From contig NW_026889757.1 in assembly GCF_033153115.1 (NCBI RefSeq), forward strand, positions 4,092,001 to 4,156,000: a stretch of DNA of 64,000 nt. Direction: 5' to 3'. This DNA is from Saccostrea echinata. Taxonomy: Eukaryota. Shown one piece after another: positions 62,114 to 64,000 of this stretch (its first letter is position 1; each line of letters opens with the position of its first letter). Under the pieces are notes generated by a model that was not told the DNA's origin, made no database searches, and saw only the letters and a program-made list of their open reading frames with translations. The position numbers were made by a program, and so were the translations under genes.

Positions 62114-63307
62114 TTATGCCTTTAAACAATTTAATTTTCCATCATAAAGTGCAGAATATAAATTTCTCCTTCAAAAATGCTTTTGAACATATTTTAAAAG
62201 AACGTCAAGCGGATTGATACGTTTTTGACGTAAGTCATTGTGACGTAGGCAACCACAGGTTATAAGGTATAAACTAAGTTTTATCTAATCAAATGACGCG
62301 TTACAAACGAAATTAAATTATTAAATCATATTGGACGAATAAATAAATATCGTCGTCACAATAATGTTGAAAAATAGGACGTCACAATAAACTTCTACAT
62401 CGACGGTGCAGCTAAATACGACGTCACAATGGGCATAGATTCAGGACAGAATCGACCTGAATGTCTTGTAGTCCACCTGGCGCGGAGTATACAAGGCATA
62501 GCAGGGACAGGGAACCAGGCTATTGTTTACATTAGTTACGGCACACCTTCTCGGACATGTACGCGCCTTCCCATAATTTATTGTATACAAAGGCGCATAT
62601 ACTTGTACCTTTACCAGAAACAATATTTTCCTACGACCTAGGTCCATTTAGAGTGTTTTTATATTTATTTTACACATTATTCCTGACGAATGTATTATCC
62701 CTTGGATCTACCTCGTCAGCTGTTAACCTCAGCATTGGTGTAATTTTTAATTTATTACAATAAATTTGTGTGTATTTAAAAAAGACTTTGTTGTCTTGTC
62801 GACCGATAAAGGTACAGAGCCCACCTATTATTTATAACGAAATGCTGTAGAATACATTAAATAATTAAATTAAAATAATAAGATCAATTAATTAAATTTA
62901 ACCTCGGTATTTTTCGTTACAATATACTTTCTTTCTACATCAAAAATTGAATTGAAAACTACTTGAACCAAATCAGATGCTTGATTTAAATCGATGTATG
63001 ATAACGAAAGTTTGGGAGGAACAGATAACCGCATCGATATCTTATCAATAATTTGCAATATAGAAAAAGGTAATCAGCCAAAAGGAGACAATGACTCAAA
63101 AGAACTTGCGAACAAAATAACACTCCCGAAGACTTGGACTATTGCAGGAGAATTTAAACTGGATAAAAACCAAGCGTAAACAAATCCATGTAACGAAAAA
63201 GAAGAGTTAAGAAATGTAGGATAGATTGAATGTATCTCATTAGTCTGACGTAAATAATGAAATACCAGAATGGTGTTTTAGTTGAGGGTGGAATATTTTT
63301 TCCTGTA

Positions 63308-64000
63308 TTTTTTATGCCCCCGTATCGAAGAATTGGGGAAATATAGTTTTTGCCCTGTCCGTTCGTCTGTCTAGCTGTCTGTCCGTCTGTTTATCTGTTT
63401 GTCTGTTTTCCCGCAAAACTTTAACATTGCTCATAACTTTTGATTGATTAGAGCTATGACATTCATATTTCACATGTGTATTCCTTGTGACAAGACCTTT
63501 CTTTGGGTACCATCATATTTGACCTTTCGACCTTGACCTTGGAGTTTGACCCAGTTTTACAAATTTTTCCCAACTTTAACTTTGGCCATAACATTTGAAC
63601 GGTTGATGCTTGGGCTTTCATACTGCACATGTGTAATCTTTGTGACAAGACCTCTTTTTGGATACCAACAACTTTGACCCTTTAACCTTGACCCTGGAGG
63701 TTGACCTACTTTTGAAAAACTTTAACATTGGCTATAACTTTTGAACACTTGAAGCTAGGGCTTTCACACTTCACATATGTAATCCTTGTGACAAGACCTT
63801 TCTACGGATACCAATAACTTTGACGCTTTGACCTTGACCTTGGAGTTTGATCTACTTTTGAAAAACATTAACATTGGCTATAACTTTTGAACGCTTAATG
63901 CTAGGGCTTTCATACTTCATATGTGTAATCCTTGTGACAAGACCTTTCTATGAATACCAACAACTTTGCCCCTTTGACCTTGACCTTGGAGTTTGACGTA
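63308..64000 (+). mobile_element. HINE-type element with (GTCT/GTCC)n and ~146-bp tandem repeats, running off the window
   Basis: tttttatgcccccg..hairpin..gtccgttcgtctgtc, then repeated ccttgtgacaagacctttc..tttgaccttgaccttggagtttgacc units. Confidence 0.8.

Noticed and set aside
62340-63180. Short ORFs (62429-62763, 62994-63179) and repeated gacgtcacaat motifs
   Set aside because: No recognisable domain or consistent splice structure. It could be an LTR or TE remnant, but I cannot support that.

Overview
AT-rich eukaryotic genomic DNA with spliceosomal introns. The repeat landscape (Helentron-derived satellite elements, Deu/Nin-domain tRNA SINEs, Penelope-like RT fragments, many MITEs) suggests a bivalve mollusc, probably an oyster; this is inference. 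Six protein-coding loci are supported: (1) the 3' exons of a tiny Cys/His-rich protein that probably ends in a CaaX box (+, 1514-2929); (2) TEX36/HDNR-family gene, 4 coding exons (+, 7072-14738); (3) BRCC3/BRCC36 K63 deubiquitinase, 7 coding exons (-, 17529-27162); (4) RAP2 small GTPase, intronless CDS, head-to-head with BRCC3 (+, 29766-30311); (5) intronless RING/B-box/coiled-coil/NHL TRIM protein (-, 44054-46297); (6) an intronless 662-aa membrane GT2 glycosyltransferase carrying the motif set of bacterial beta-1,2-glucan synthases (OpgH/MdoH, Cgs/NdvB) (-, 50902-52890). Locus 6 is the strongest candidate for an undescribed system: a probably horizontally acquired, host-domesticated polysaccharide synthase in an animal. 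Also notable are a 62-bp VNTR that multiplies the BRCC3 exon-6 splice donor about 11 times, and competing donors that would toggle a prenylation signal on the small protein. There are two assembly gaps. All gene models were spliced and translated by hand, and homologies are recalled, not searched.
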